In this document: positions 26,234-35,910 of the stretch, one piece after another
Layout of the letters: every line of letters begins with the position of its first letter
How positions within the stretch are numbered: position 1 is the first letter of the stretch
IMG/VR virus record: IMGVR_UViG_3300009082_000016
Span: 1-64,000 of that record
Strand: one strand, 5' to 3'
Source: a virus
DNA: 64,000 nucleotides
Notes under the pieces: model-generated
The model's database searches: none
What the model was told of the DNA's origin: nothing
The model's input: the letters and a program-made list of their open reading frames with translations, nothing else
Program-made: the position numbers and the translations under genes

Positions 26234-28093
26234 ATGGTGAACATGACCTGGGACGAAACCAAAGCGTACGAGGACGGCATGATCTGGCTGCCGAAGTCCC
26301 GCTTCAACGTGAAGGGGCTGAAGGCGGCGCTCACCTTCATCTACGGGAACTCGGAGTACAACTCGCTCAAGGGCTTCCACTCGTACGTCGAGCAGGCCCA
26401 CCACCTGGGGGTGCCGCGGCACTTCCTCGAGCGGGAAACCATCCGCAGCATGGGGGTCGAACTGGTCGACCTGCGCCCGGAGAAGTACGAGGAGATCGAC
26501 ATCTACTCCAAGGTGCAGCTCGACAAGCTGCGCCCCGAACTGAGCATCCAGACCGACGCGGTCGAGGCCGCGCTGAAAGCGGACGACGGGATCGTCTCGC
26601 TTGCATGCGTCACCGGCGACACGCTGATCAACATCAACCGAGCAGGCATCGGGAAGAGGATGACCGTCGAATGGGTGTACCGAGCCTTGCGGGGTACGGC
26701 CCCAAGAAAGTGGGATCTCGGTATCCCTACCAACATCCGGTCCCTTATCGGAAACCGGATCGGTTTGAACCGCGTGATCGACGTCACCGAAGTTGGCGTG
26801 CGCCCCGTTTTCCTCCTGGAGCTGGGGGACGGGAAGAAACTGAAGCTCACCTCCGATCACGAGGTGCTCACCCTCCACGGGTACCGTTCCATCGACGGAG
26901 GCCTCACGGTCAGATCCCTCGTGGTCACCGATAGCGGGCAGGTGAGCGTGCCGACCCTCGTGCCGGTAGTGAAGATCAAACCGGCAGGGGAGGAAGTCGT
27001 CTACGACGTGGCTTGCCAAAGCCCGTACAACAGCTTCGTGGCAAACGGGATCGTGATCCACAATTGCGGGAACGGGAAGTCACCTGTCGGCCTGCACATC
27101 TGGGCCCAGCATCGTGTCCCGCTCCTGATCGTCACCGACGAGACGTCCATCCTCGAGCAGTGGGCGAAGATGATCGGCCTGTTCATCTCGCCGTCCGACA
27201 TCCCCATCGGGCGCGTCTACGGCGGCAAAAAGGAATGGCACCACCCGGTGGTGCTCGCCTCCGTGCAGTCCCTGCTCAAGGCGCTGGAGAAGGGGTTCCC
27301 GGACGAGCTGCGGCGCAGGTTCGGGATGGTGATCTACGACGAGTGCCACGTCACCGCTGCGCCCAAGTTCAACCTGGTCGCCCCCGTGTTCACCGGCCGC
27401 CGGCTGGGCCTGTCCGCCACGCCGAGCCGCACGGACCGCCTGGATCCCGTGTACCAGTACCACCTGGGCCCCGTGGTGTTCCAGGATCTCTCCCAGCCGC
27501 TGAAGGCGAAGTTCTACTTCTGGACGCCGGAGAGCAGCCGCAACCTGACCGACGACCCGTCGTTCCGCCGGCGCACCGTGCTCTACGGCGAGCTCAACGT
27601 GCAGAAGATGTGGACCGCGCTCTCCGAGGAGGAGAAGCGGACCCGCGAGATCGCCACCGCGATTCGGAAGTACGGGCAGGGGCGCCGCACGCTGGTGATC
27701 AGCCAGCGCAAGGAGTTCCTGTACAACCTGAACAAGCTCATCCCCAACTCGGGCGTCATCGTGTCGGAGACGCCGCTGGCGAAACGCCAGACCATCCTCG
27801 CCGAGGCGGATGTCGTTCTCGGCATCATGCGAATCGCTCAGAAGGGCCTGGACTCGCCCACCCTGAGCCTGCTCGTGCTCTGCGAGCCCTTCAAGGACGA
27901 AAACCTGTTCCAGCAAGTGATTGGCCGTCTGCTGAGGGAGCATCCCAGCAAGCCGGATCCCATCGTCATCGTCGTCCAGGACGATGTCGGAAAGGGCGGC
28001 GGGCCTGTGTACGGACTTTGCAGAAAACTGAAGAGGACTATCAACGAATGGCCAGCGAGTCGTGGCGGCCCCTATACCTTTGACATTCTGTGA
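26234..28093 (+). CDS. SF2 DExH helicase (UvsW/XPB-like) with intein
   Basis: Split Walker A LA|CGNGKS, IYDECH, GLSATP, KGLD, QVIGRLLR. Confidence 0.9.
   Translation: MVNMTWDETKAYEDGMIWLPKSRFNVKGLKAALTFIYGNSEYNSLKGFHSYVEQAHHLGVPRHFLERETIRSMGVELVDLRPEKYEEIDIYSKVQLDKLRPELSIQTDAVEAALKADDGIVSLACVTGDTLININRAGIGKRMTVEWVYRALRGTAPRKWDLGIPTNIRSLIGNRIGLNRVIDVTEVGVRPVFLLELGDGKKLKLTSDHEVLTLHGYRSIDGGLTVRSLVVTDSGQVSVPTLVPVVKIKPAGEEVVYDVACQSPYNSFVANGIVIHNCGNGKSPVGLHIWAQHRVPLLIVTDETSILEQWAKMIGLFISPSDIPIGRVYGGKKEWHHPVVLASVQSLLKALEKGFPDELRRRFGMVIYDECHVTAAPKFNLVAPVFTGRRLGLSATPSRTDRLDPVYQYHLGPVVFQDLSQPLKAKFYFWTPESSRNLTDDPSFRRRTVLYGELNVQKMWTALSEEEKRTREIATAIRKYGQGRRTLVISQRKEFLYNLNKLIPNSGVIVSETPLAKRQTILAEADVVLGIMRIAQKGLDSPTLSLLVLCEPFKDENLFQQVIGRLLREHPSKPDPIVIVVQDDVGKGGGPVYGLCRKLKRTINEWPASRGGPYTFDIL
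26606..27064 (+). mobile_element. Mini-intein (153 aa, no endonuclease) in the helicase Walker A
   Basis: CVTGDT N-terminus, block B LTSDHEV, VYDVAC..NSFVANGIVIHN|C. Confidence 0.9.
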
Positions 28094-28108
28094 CGGTTTC
28101 GGTACGAT
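28080..28108 (+). promoter_or_regulatory. Promoter TTGACA-N17-TACGAT (leaderless HNH gene)
   Basis: -10 ends 6 nt before ATG 28115. Confidence 0.8.
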
Positions 28109-28114
28109 CAGCGC

Positions 28115-28657
28115 ATGGATGAAAAGGCGAGAGCCCGAGTTCAGAGATACCGGGACAGGCACCTAGATGAGATCCGGGAGCGTGAACGCCGCTGGTATTG
28201 GGAGCACCGTGATCAGGTTCGAGCCGCACAGCGAGCGCACCCGGAATGGTCACGGAAATGGAAGGAGAGGAACGAGGAAAAGCGGCGTGCCTACAACCGG
28301 GAGTGGTACCGCAAGAACCGAGACCGCGTGCTTGAAGCAGCCAGGAAACGAGAGCAGACGCCGGAGATGCGGGAGAAGAGGCGCCTGATTGGAATCCGGC
28401 GCCGGCGTGAACTCCGAGCCTTCATCGACTCCCTGAAAAAGGGTCGGTCTTGCCCCTGCGGCTTCAGCGACTATCGGGCGTTGGTGTTTCATCACCGATC
28501 CAAGACAGGGAAGGACCTTCATCTCGGAGAAGCTGTCTGCCACGGGTGGTCCAAGGACCGGATTCTTCGGGAGGTGCGGAAATGCGTGATCCTCTGTGCA
28601 AACTGCCATACTATTCGGCATCACCGTGATGCCGTTCGTTCCCGGGCCAAGAGGTAG
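28115..28657 (+). CDS. HNH endonuclease (probable homing endonuclease)
   Basis: Arg-rich helical N-terminus; CPCG..LVFHH...KCVILCANCH. Confidence 0.85.
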   Translation: MDEKARARVQRYRDRHLDEIRERERRWYWEHRDQVRAAQRAHPEWSRKWKERNEEKRRAYNREWYRKNRDRVLEAARKREQTPEMREKRRLIGIRRRRELRAFIDSLKKGRSCPCGFSDYRALVFHHRSKTGKDLHLGEAVCHGWSKDRILREVRKCVILCANCHTIRHHRDAVRSRAKR

Positions 28658-28717
28658 CCCGCAACTTCCCCCGGGGCCCCGTCATAAGGACCTTGCACGT
28701 GGAGAGGAGGTGTTTTC

Positions 28718-29395
28718 TTGCCCTACGATCGGAATGCCGAGTTCCAGGATCTGGTGAACGAGTGGCGGGAGTGCTCCCGCTGTTCGCTGTCCAAGGAACG
28801 CAACTGCCTCGTGTTCGGGGCAGGTCCTGTCAACGCCGAGATCATGGTGATCGGCGAAGGCCCCGGCCAGGACGAAGACCTGGAAGGTCGCCCCTTCATC
28901 GGGCAGTCCGGGAAGCTGCTCAACCACTTGATCAAGATGTCCGGGCTTGAGCGGGCGGCCATGTACATCACCAACCTGGTGTGCTGCAGGCCCACGTCGG
29001 AGATCGAAGAGCACGGGAAGCTGCGGAAGAAGGACCGGCCCCCGTCGAAGACCGAGATCAACGCGTGCTGGCCCCGGCTCGAGAAGCTGATCTACGTCGT
29101 CGACCCCGTCGTCATCCTGGCCGCGGGGAAGACCGCTGCCTTGCGCCTCACGGGCAAGAAGACCCAGAAGGAGGCGCTCAAGGACGTGTTCCCCGTCCGC
29201 ATTCCCGGGAAGGGGCGGACGATCGAGTACCCGGTCCTGTCGATCTACCATCCGGCCTTCCTGCTCCGGCAGGGCAACAAGGCCGACCTGTTCCACGCCA
29301 CGGTGGACCAGCTGAAGCACCTAAAGATGACGGTCGAAGCGTTCAAGAAGCTGGGCCAGGATAGGCCCTGGAAGGAGAAGAAGACTCATGAGTGA
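28718..29395 (+). CDS. Uracil-DNA glycosylase family 4
   Basis: CSRC, GEGPG, PFIGQSGKLL, NLVCCRP, YHPAFLLR. Confidence 0.92.
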   Translation: MPYDRNAEFQDLVNEWRECSRCSLSKERNCLVFGAGPVNAEIMVIGEGPGQDEDLEGRPFIGQSGKLLNHLIKMSGLERAAMYITNLVCCRPTSEIEEHGKLRKKDRPPSKTEINACWPRLEKLIYVVDPVVILAAGKTAALRLTGKKTQKEALKDVFPVRIPGKGRTIEYPVLSIYHPAFLLRQGNKADLFHATVDQLKHLKMTVEAFKKLGQDRPWKEKKTHE

Positions 29396-29813
29396 CAAGG
29401 AAATGGTCGATTCCACGTTCCGCAAGCTGCTGGAGAGCCGGAAGAAGCTGCGGACCTTCGTGCGGGATCACGGCGAGACGTTCACCCAGTTCGCCGAGCT
29501 GGTGGACGAGTACAACCAGAGCCGCGCGATCCACATCGGCGCCCTGAAGGTGGCGAAGGTGGCGAGCCCGATGTACCGGATGAGCATTCCGCGGAAGTTC
29601 GTCTGCCACGACGTGGAGTCCGCGAAGGAGTTCCTCAAGGACCGGTTCCCGGAGTTCGTCGAGCTGGAGCCGAAGGTCAAGACCGCGGCCGTCCGCAACG
29701 TGCTCGACGCCAACACGCTGCCGGGCATCGAGATGCTGTTCGAGGAAGTCGAGGAAACGCCGCGGCACACCGGACCGAAGGAGATCGACCTGTCGGCCCT
29801 GAAGGGGGACTAG
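29388..29813 (+). CDS. Hypothetical protein
   Basis: Coupled ORF with SD and typical codon bias. Confidence 0.7.
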   Translation: MSDKEMVDSTFRKLLESRKKLRTFVRDHGETFTQFAELVDEYNQSRAIHIGALKVAKVASPMYRMSIPRKFVCHDVESAKEFLKDRFPEFVELEPKVKTAAVRNVLDANTLPGIEMLFEEVEETPRHTGPKEIDLSALKGD

Positions 29814-29816
29814 GCC

Positions 29817-30089
29817 GTGCCGCGCAAGAAGAAGGTCCTCGAGCCCGGGAAGATCCTGATCCGCGAGGTGTCGGCCGCCCTCCATTTCACCGTGCGCGGA
29901 CCGGTGAACTCGTTCTCGTCCGTCAACTTCGGGTACTCCGTGACGGGCGAAGTCCTGGGCACGGAGAACGACGCGGTGATGGCGAAGGGCCAGCTCGACT
30001 CGCTGGTGACCGCGTTCTGCCGCGACCGCTTCCAGCAGGCGATCGAAGAGCTGAAGGCAATCGTCCGCGACAACGAGGGGCAGCTGTGA
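29817..30089 (+). CDS. Hypothetical protein
   Basis: Operon position. Confidence 0.6.
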   Translation: MPRKKKVLEPGKILIREVSAALHFTVRGPVNSFSSVNFGYSVTGEVLGTENDAVMAKGQLDSLVTAFCRDRFQQAIEELKAIVRDNEGQL

Positions 30090-30159
30090 GCCGGCCGTTC
30101 ACCATCAGCACGGCACGGCCCTGGGCGATTTCGACTTCCACGACCTGATGGAGGGATAG

Positions 30160-30564
30160 ATGAGCGGACCACGTACCTGGATGAGCGTGACCTGCCGGGA
30201 GCAGGACCGGAAGGTCTTCGAGGACATGGGTTTCGGCGCTGCGTTCTACGACATCAACGAGACCACGGAGCCCGCGCCCGGCATTCTCTACATGACCGAG
30301 ACCGAATCCGATGGGCACTACGAAGAGCTGCAGAAACTCCGCGTCCCGTTCCTGGCCTCGCAGGACTTGAGCTACGAGTACGACTCCTTGGAATGGGCCA
30401 GCGACGGGAAAACGACCATCTCGGTCGTGGCTTCCAAGGGGGGAATCCCGGTCGTTGAGGTGTCATCGGACGGAGAACCCGATAGGGATCAGCTGAAGCT
30501 GGTCCGGGAGTTTCGCACCCTCGAGAAGAAGGTGCAGGACCTGTTCGGGTTGAAGGAGGGCTAG
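30160..30564 (+). CDS. Hypothetical acidic protein
   Basis: GGAGG SD. Confidence 0.65.
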   Translation: MSGPRTWMSVTCREQDRKVFEDMGFGAAFYDINETTEPAPGILYMTETESDGHYEELQKLRVPFLASQDLSYEYDSLEWASDGKTTISVVASKGGIPVVEVSSDGEPDRDQLKLVREFRTLEKKVQDLFGLKEG

Positions 30565-30867
30565 ATGAAGAAGGGGACCGGATGCGTGGCCGATGCCATC
30601 GAGCTCCGAAAGGTGAGCATCGCCGTGACTGCGCTCGGTCCCACGGTCACGGCCGTGTTCGCGCTGATCGACTCGAAGACGAAGACCGTGGTGGCTTGGA
30701 AGAAGAAGTCGGCCGGCTGGCCCGGTGACAAGGTGAAAGTGCCTCTCGACGAGCTGATCAAGGCGCTCGAGGGCGCCGCCGCGAAGGAGGCGTTCACGGA
30801 TCACGAGGAGGAGCAAACCGTCCAGACCATCGGGGAGTACTTGAAGAAGGTGGAGACGCAGTTTTGA
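30565..30867 (+). CDS. Hypothetical protein
   Basis: AGGAGG SD; abuts the previous gene. Confidence 0.65.
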   Translation: MKKGTGCVADAIELRKVSIAVTALGPTVTAVFALIDSKTKTVVAWKKKSAGWPGDKVKVPLDELIKALEGAAAKEAFTDHEEEQTVQTIGEYLKKVETQF

Positions 30868-31769
30868 GGGTCTCCATCCCAGGCGTCCGCGTCGCGAAGG
30901 TCAAGGAAGACCGGGCGCTGATCTACTGCCCGCTCCACAAGGGCGGGGACGAGAAGCGTCCGGCCGCCTACATCTACTTCGGCTCGGGGACGTGGCGTTG
31001 CCACGCCTGCGGCCGCGGCGGCCCGCTCAAGCAGCTGTTCGAGCAGCTGGGCATCAATACGGACGAGTCCGGGCGCGTGATCGGCGACCTGCGCTCGCTC
31101 GCTCCCAGCCGCCAGTTCCGGAACGCCGAGCACCCGACCTGCCCGGAGTACTACCTGGGCGCATTCAACCGGCGCCCGCTCAACCTCGTCCGTGCCGGCT
31201 TCACCCGAGAGATCCTGGACCGGATGGAAGTCGGCTTCGACAGCGTCCGGACCCGGGTGATCTACACGGTCCGGTCAACGGACGGGAAACTCCATGGTGT
31301 CGTCGGCGGGGCGGTCGTCCCGGAGACGCACACCGACTACCGACTCCTGTACGGCGAAGAGCCGAAGTACCTGGCCTACGGCCCCAACCAGGGATTCCCG
31401 TTCCAGGTCGACCCGAAGTGGACGCTCTGGAACCACCGCTCCGTGCTGGCGATGAACGACTCGCGACCGCTGGTCGTCGTCGAGGGCTTCAAGGCCTTGA
31501 TGTGGGTCATGATGGCAGGGTTCGAGAAGGTGGTTGCCCTCTTCGGGGCCGCCTACGAGAGCCACCAGATGCGCTTGATCGCCAGCCTGTGCTGGCCCGT
31601 GCTGCTGTTCCTGGACAACGACGGTGCCGGGCGGGATGCCACCCGGCGGTTGCAGGCCGACCTGCGTAAGAGGACTGCCGGCGTCGGGGTGGTACGGTAC
31701 CCCCGCGACGTCAAGCAGCCAGATGACCTCACCTTCGGGGAGGTCGCAACGTGCCTCGATAGAGGCTGA
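30864..31769 (+). CDS. dnaG: DnaG-type DNA primase (Zn finger plus TOPRIM)
   Basis: CPLH...CHAC; VVVEGFK; FLDNDGAG; KQPDD. Confidence 0.85.
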   Translation: MRVSIPGVRVAKVKEDRALIYCPLHKGGDEKRPAAYIYFGSGTWRCHACGRGGPLKQLFEQLGINTDESGRVIGDLRSLAPSRQFRNAEHPTCPEYYLGAFNRRPLNLVRAGFTREILDRMEVGFDSVRTRVIYTVRSTDGKLHGVVGGAVVPETHTDYRLLYGEEPKYLAYGPNQGFPFQVDPKWTLWNHRSVLAMNDSRPLVVVEGFKALMWVMMAGFEKVVALFGAAYESHQMRLIASLCWPVLLFLDNDGAGRDATRRLQADLRKRTAGVGVVRYPRDVKQPDDLTFGEVATCLDRG

Positions 31770-31784
31770 AAGAAGGAGAATCAG

Positions 31785-32819
31785 ATGAGCGACGATGGAC
31801 GTGGAGTGCTGGTCGATCGGGACGACTTCCGACAGGAGTACGTCGGTGGGGGGCGTCGGACCTTCGTGCAGGGGCAGTACGACGAGCTGCGACTCTCGCC
31901 GAAGACCACCTCGGAGGTCATCATGGTCCGGGGCAAGTACAAGAACCGCTACTTCCACGACGGCTACAACAAGATCGTCGAGTCGATCGATCCGTACCTC
32001 CGCTACATGCGGCACAACGTGCCGCCCCAGTTCCAGACCCCGATGTTCGCCCGGGACAACCAGGGGACGGACGGCCGCCCGAAGTGGACGTCGCTGCCCT
32101 GTTCCGCCGGCCCGGCGAACGACAGCCCGTGTCACATCTGCTCCATCCCCTCGGCGCAGGTGCGGGCGAAGCCGCGGTTCGTGTTCACCGTGATCCACCT
32201 GGCCACCTACCACATGACGCCCAGCAAGAAGGACCCGGAGCGGCGCTACCCGAAGATCTGCCTCGAGGTGTACGACACCGAGTGCCCCGGCTGCAAGAAC
32301 GACTACCCGACCGTCCCGGCGGCCCGGAAGTGGCTCAGCATGTCCAACCTGGACTGGGAGATCGTCAGCGAGGCCAACACCGAGCTGAAGAAGAGCTGCG
32401 TCTGCGGTGGCACCCTCAAGACGGCGAAGCTGGTCTGCGGCGCCTGCGGCGACGACCTCATCGTCAGGACGGCGGAGAACAAGGAGGAGTTCCGCCGGGC
32501 CCGCAAGGACGGCAAGTTCTACTGCCGCAAGTGCGGGATCGCCGTCCCGATCAAGGAGTGGAAGACCTGCTCCCAGTGCGGCAACCCCCGCGTGCGGGAC
32601 GTGTTCAACTCCATCCTGTCCCTGAAGACGGTGAAGAAGGACAACTACTCGCAGATGGCCGTGACGGGCGTCCGCCCGGCGGGCGAGCTGCTGGAGCAGC
32701 TGAAGGTCTACGCCGAGCCGTTCGACCTGCAGGCCATGTTCTCCCCGCGCACCCTCAAGGAGCAGAAGGAGATCGTCACGGTCCGGCGCTCGGACCAGGA
32801 CTACTCCGAGGAGCGGTAG
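31785..32819 (+). CDS. Putative ssDNA-binding protein (gp32-like) with multiple Zn fingers
   Basis: Between primase and polymerase; CHIC..KPRFVFTVIH; several CxxC pairs; acidic tail. Confidence 0.55.
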   Translation: MSDDGRGVLVDRDDFRQEYVGGGRRTFVQGQYDELRLSPKTTSEVIMVRGKYKNRYFHDGYNKIVESIDPYLRYMRHNVPPQFQTPMFARDNQGTDGRPKWTSLPCSAGPANDSPCHICSIPSAQVRAKPRFVFTVIHLATYHMTPSKKDPERRYPKICLEVYDTECPGCKNDYPTVPAARKWLSMSNLDWEIVSEANTELKKSCVCGGTLKTAKLVCGACGDDLIVRTAENKEEFRRARKDGKFYCRKCGIAVPIKEWKTCSQCGNPRVRDVFNSILSLKTVKKDNYSQMAVTGVRPAGELLEQLKVYAEPFDLQAMFSPRTLKEQKEIVTVRRSDQDYSEER

Positions 32820-32820
32820 C

Positions 32821-35800
32821 ATGCAGAGGCTGAATCTCGGTGCCGGTCGCCCGCAGATGCTCGAGACCCCCGACGCGGTTCTGGCAGCCTGCGCCTCCTT
32901 CCGCGAGAAGGGGGTGGTGGCGATCGACACCGAGACGACCGGCCTCGACATCATCCGGGACGCGCCGCTCTTCGTCAGCATGAGTGACGGGGAGCGGCGC
33001 GTCGCCCTGCGGGTCGGAAGCGAGGAGTTCGCCGCCCTCGAAAGCCTGGTGGGCGACCCGCAGACCGTGAAGATCTTCCACAACTGCCTGACCGGGGACA
33101 GTAGGGTCTGGAAGGCGGACGGCACTCGGAAGACGCTGAGCAGGATGGTGGCCGAAAGGGACCCCGGACCCGTCTACTGCTTGAACGAGAAGACGGGGCA
33201 GGTCGAGGTCAGACCGGTCGTCGGGTGGGTGAACAACCCGCCGCGGGAGTGGAAGGACTGGCTCCGCATCCGCGTACGAGGCAAGGGCTGTCTGAGGCTC
33301 ACGAAGGACCATGAGGTCCTTACGGAACGTGGCCGCGTCCGGGCGGATCGGATCCAGATCGGGGACAGGATTCGCACGACCCGGCCGAACCTGTCCGCGG
33401 CCGAGCGGTCCCTCATCTACGGCTCCCTCCTGGGAGACATGTCCATCCGCCGGCAGAAGGGCGCAAAGTGCCGGAGCCCGATGCTTGTAGTCTCTCACGC
33501 CAGCGGGCAGTTCCCATACCTCTCGTTGAAGCAGATGGTGTTCAACGGCTCCCTGGGTGCCGTTCTGGAAAAGCCCTCCTTCCGTCACGGTGGGTTCTCC
33601 AACTCCAAGGGTACGCTGATGGCCCGGCTTCGTACCCAATCGGACCCCAGGCTTCTCGACGTGGAGAACGCCTGCCTCCGGCAGGGAAAGAAGACTCTGA
33701 CGCAGCCATGGTTGGAGCGCCTGGATGTTCCCGCCGTCGCGATCTGGATCTGCGACGACGGTTCCACGCAGGGGTGTTCGATGAACGCCTGCGTGACGGC
33801 CCTGGGGAAGACCGGTGCCGGGCAGCTGGCCGCAAACTTCCGGAAGCGCGGGTGGCCGGCCAGGATCGTGCCACGCAAGGACGGGCATCTGTACCTGCGA
33901 ATCTCGGGCTCGCAGGGTCCACTCATCGATCCCCGAATCGACCGATTCTGGGAACAGGTGGCGCCCTACATCCCGACCTGCATGAGCTACAAGGCCCCGA
34001 AGAAGTACCAGCACCTCTGCTCCGATTCCTACTGGTACTCCTCGGTGCCCGACAGCTCCTGGTCCGACGAAGTGACCGAGGTCGGTCCGCTCCTCCGGAA
34101 GTCGGGGACGAAAGGTCGGTACCGAGGGTACAGCCCGCGAAAGTACCGGAAGGGCCTCCGGCAGTACTGCCTCACCGTCGCAGGGCACTCCAACTTCTTC
34201 GCCGAAGGTCTGGCCGTCTCGAACTGCAAGTTCGACGTCCACATGCTGGCCAACGTCGGGATGAAGGTGAAGGGCCCCTGGCATGACACCCTCGTCATGG
34301 CCACCATGTCGGACACCAGCCGGTCGTCGAAGAGGCTGAAGGACCTGCTCGTCAGCCTGTACGGCCCGGACGACGAGCGGAGCATCCGCTACTCCGACTT
34401 CTCGGAGACGTTCGGGAAGGTGACGAAGAAGAAGACGGCGAAGCAGCTGCTCGAATCGGCCCCGATCGAGAAGGTGCTCCAGTACGCCACCTGCGACGCC
34501 TGGGGCACGTTCCAGATCTACCAGACGCTCCAGAAGCAGCTCAAGCGCATCCACAACTGGCGCGGCCAGGATCTCTGGCAGCTGTACACGTCCATCGAGG
34601 TTCCCTTCACCGAGGTGCTCTGGGGCATGGAGCGCCGGGGCGCGAAGATCGACGTTGGGAAGCTCGAGCAACTACGAGAGGACTGGACGAAGGAGATCCA
34701 GGACACGGAGCTGAAGTTCGCCCAGGCGGTCGGCCGACCCATCAACATCAACTCCGTTCCGCAACTGCGGGACTACTTCCTGCTCGAGCGAGGTCTCAAG
34801 ACCATCCGCCGCACCGTCGGCGGCGAGTCGGGCGAAGCCAAGGCCTCGCTCGACAAGGTCACCATGGGCATGTGGGTCGAACAGGGCGTGACGGAAGCGG
34901 CGCTCGTGCTTCGCTACCGGCAGCTCAGCAAGCTCGTCGGCACCTACGCCGACCCGCTGCTCAAGTTCCGTGACACGAACGACCGGGTCCACACGTCGTA
35001 CACGCAGATGGTGGACACGGGCCGGCTCGCATCCGACGAGCCGAACCTGCAGAACATCCCCGCCCGCTCGAAGGACGGGAAGAAGATCCGCGAGTGCTTC
35101 ATCGCGGACGACGGTTTCGAGCTGCTGGTCCGCGACTACGACCAGCTGGAGATGAAGCTGGCCGCCGCCCTCTCGGGCGACCCCAACATGATCAAGATCA
35201 TCCTGGAGGGGAAGGACATCCACTCCGGGAACGCGGCCATCGCGTTCGACATCCCGTACGAGGGCATCATCGCCGCCTCCCGGGCGAAGGACACGCTGGG
35301 CAAGGCGGCGCAGGCCGGCCTGCCCGGCGAGCCGCTGACCGACGAGCAGGTGTACTACCTCGTCTGCCGAGACCGCGCGAAGACCATCGGGTTCGAGACG
35401 CTCTACGGCGGCGGCATTCGCAAGCTGGCCGTCCTGCTGAAGTGCAGCGTCGACAAGGCCATCGAGATCCAGACCAAGTTCTTCGCCCCGTTCCAGGTCC
35501 TGCTCAAGTTCATCGAGCGCACGCACCAGGAGGCCCGGTCGACCCTGAGCGTCCAGACCATCACCGGCCGCTTCCGCACGCTGCCGGCCGCGGCGCTCGA
35601 CAAGACGCCGGCCCAGGCTGAAGCCTACCGACAGAGCTTCAACACCAAGATCCAGGGCAGCGGCGCCGACGCCGTGAAGCTGGCCATGATCCTGGTGTGG
35701 TTCGACGCGACGCTGCAGAAGCTGGGCAACCAGCTCGAGCTGCAGGTCCACGACGAGCTCGTCAACGAAGTTCCGAAGGAAACGGGCGAGGAGATCGACC

Positions 35801-35910
35801 GCCTCGTCGGCGAGCACATGCAGCACAGCCTCGAATCCGTGGGACTGAAACTGGCCGTGCCCCTGACCTCGTCGGGCAAGCGGGCGCAGAACTGGGCGGC
35901 CGCGAAATGA
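32821..35910 (+). CDS. polA: DNA polymerase family A (3'-5' exonuclease plus polymerase) with intein
   Basis: IDTETTG, TGRLAS..PNLQNIP, DYDQLEMK, RAKTIGF..LYG, IQGSGAD, QVHDEL. Confidence 0.95.
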   Translation: MQRLNLGAGRPQMLETPDAVLAACASFREKGVVAIDTETTGLDIIRDAPLFVSMSDGERRVALRVGSEEFAALESLVGDPQTVKIFHNCLTGDSRVWKADGTRKTLSRMVAERDPGPVYCLNEKTGQVEVRPVVGWVNNPPREWKDWLRIRVRGKGCLRLTKDHEVLTERGRVRADRIQIGDRIRTTRPNLSAAERSLIYGSLLGDMSIRRQKGAKCRSPMLVVSHASGQFPYLSLKQMVFNGSLGAVLEKPSFRHGGFSNSKGTLMARLRTQSDPRLLDVENACLRQGKKTLTQPWLERLDVPAVAIWICDDGSTQGCSMNACVTALGKTGAGQLAANFRKRGWPARIVPRKDGHLYLRISGSQGPLIDPRIDRFWEQVAPYIPTCMSYKAPKKYQHLCSDSYWYSSVPDSSWSDEVTEVGPLLRKSGTKGRYRGYSPRKYRKGLRQYCLTVAGHSNFFAEGLAVSNCKFDVHMLANVGMKVKGPWHDTLVMATMSDTSRSSKRLKDLLVSLYGPDDERSIRYSDFSETFGKVTKKKTAKQLLESAPIEKVLQYATCDAWGTFQIYQTLQKQLKRIHNWRGQDLWQLYTSIEVPFTEVLWGMERRGAKIDVGKLEQLREDWTKEIQDTELKFAQAVGRPININSVPQLRDYFLLERGLKTIRRTVGGESGEAKASLDKVTMGMWVEQGVTEAALVLRYRQLSKLVGTYADPLLKFRDTNDRVHTSYTQMVDTGRLASDEPNLQNIPARSKDGKKIRECFIADDGFELLVRDYDQLEMKLAAALSGDPNMIKIILEGKDIHSGNAAIAFDIPYEGIIAASRAKDTLGKAAQAGLPGEPLTDEQVYYLVCRDRAKTIGFETLYGGGIRKLAVLLKCSVDKAIEIQTKFFAPFQVLLKFIERTHQEARSTLSVQTITGRFRTLPAAALDKTPAQAEAYRQSFNTKIQGSGADAVKLAMILVWFDATLQKLGNQLELQVHDELVNEVPKETGEEIDRLVGEHMQHSLESVGLKLAVPLTSSGKRAQNWAAAK
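33085..34224 (+). mobile_element. Intein (380 aa) with LAGLIDADG endonuclease, inserted in the ExoII motif
   Basis: FHN|CLTGDS...LTKDHEV...YGSLLGDMS...WICDDGS...NFFAEGLAVSN|CKFD. Confidence 0.9.
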
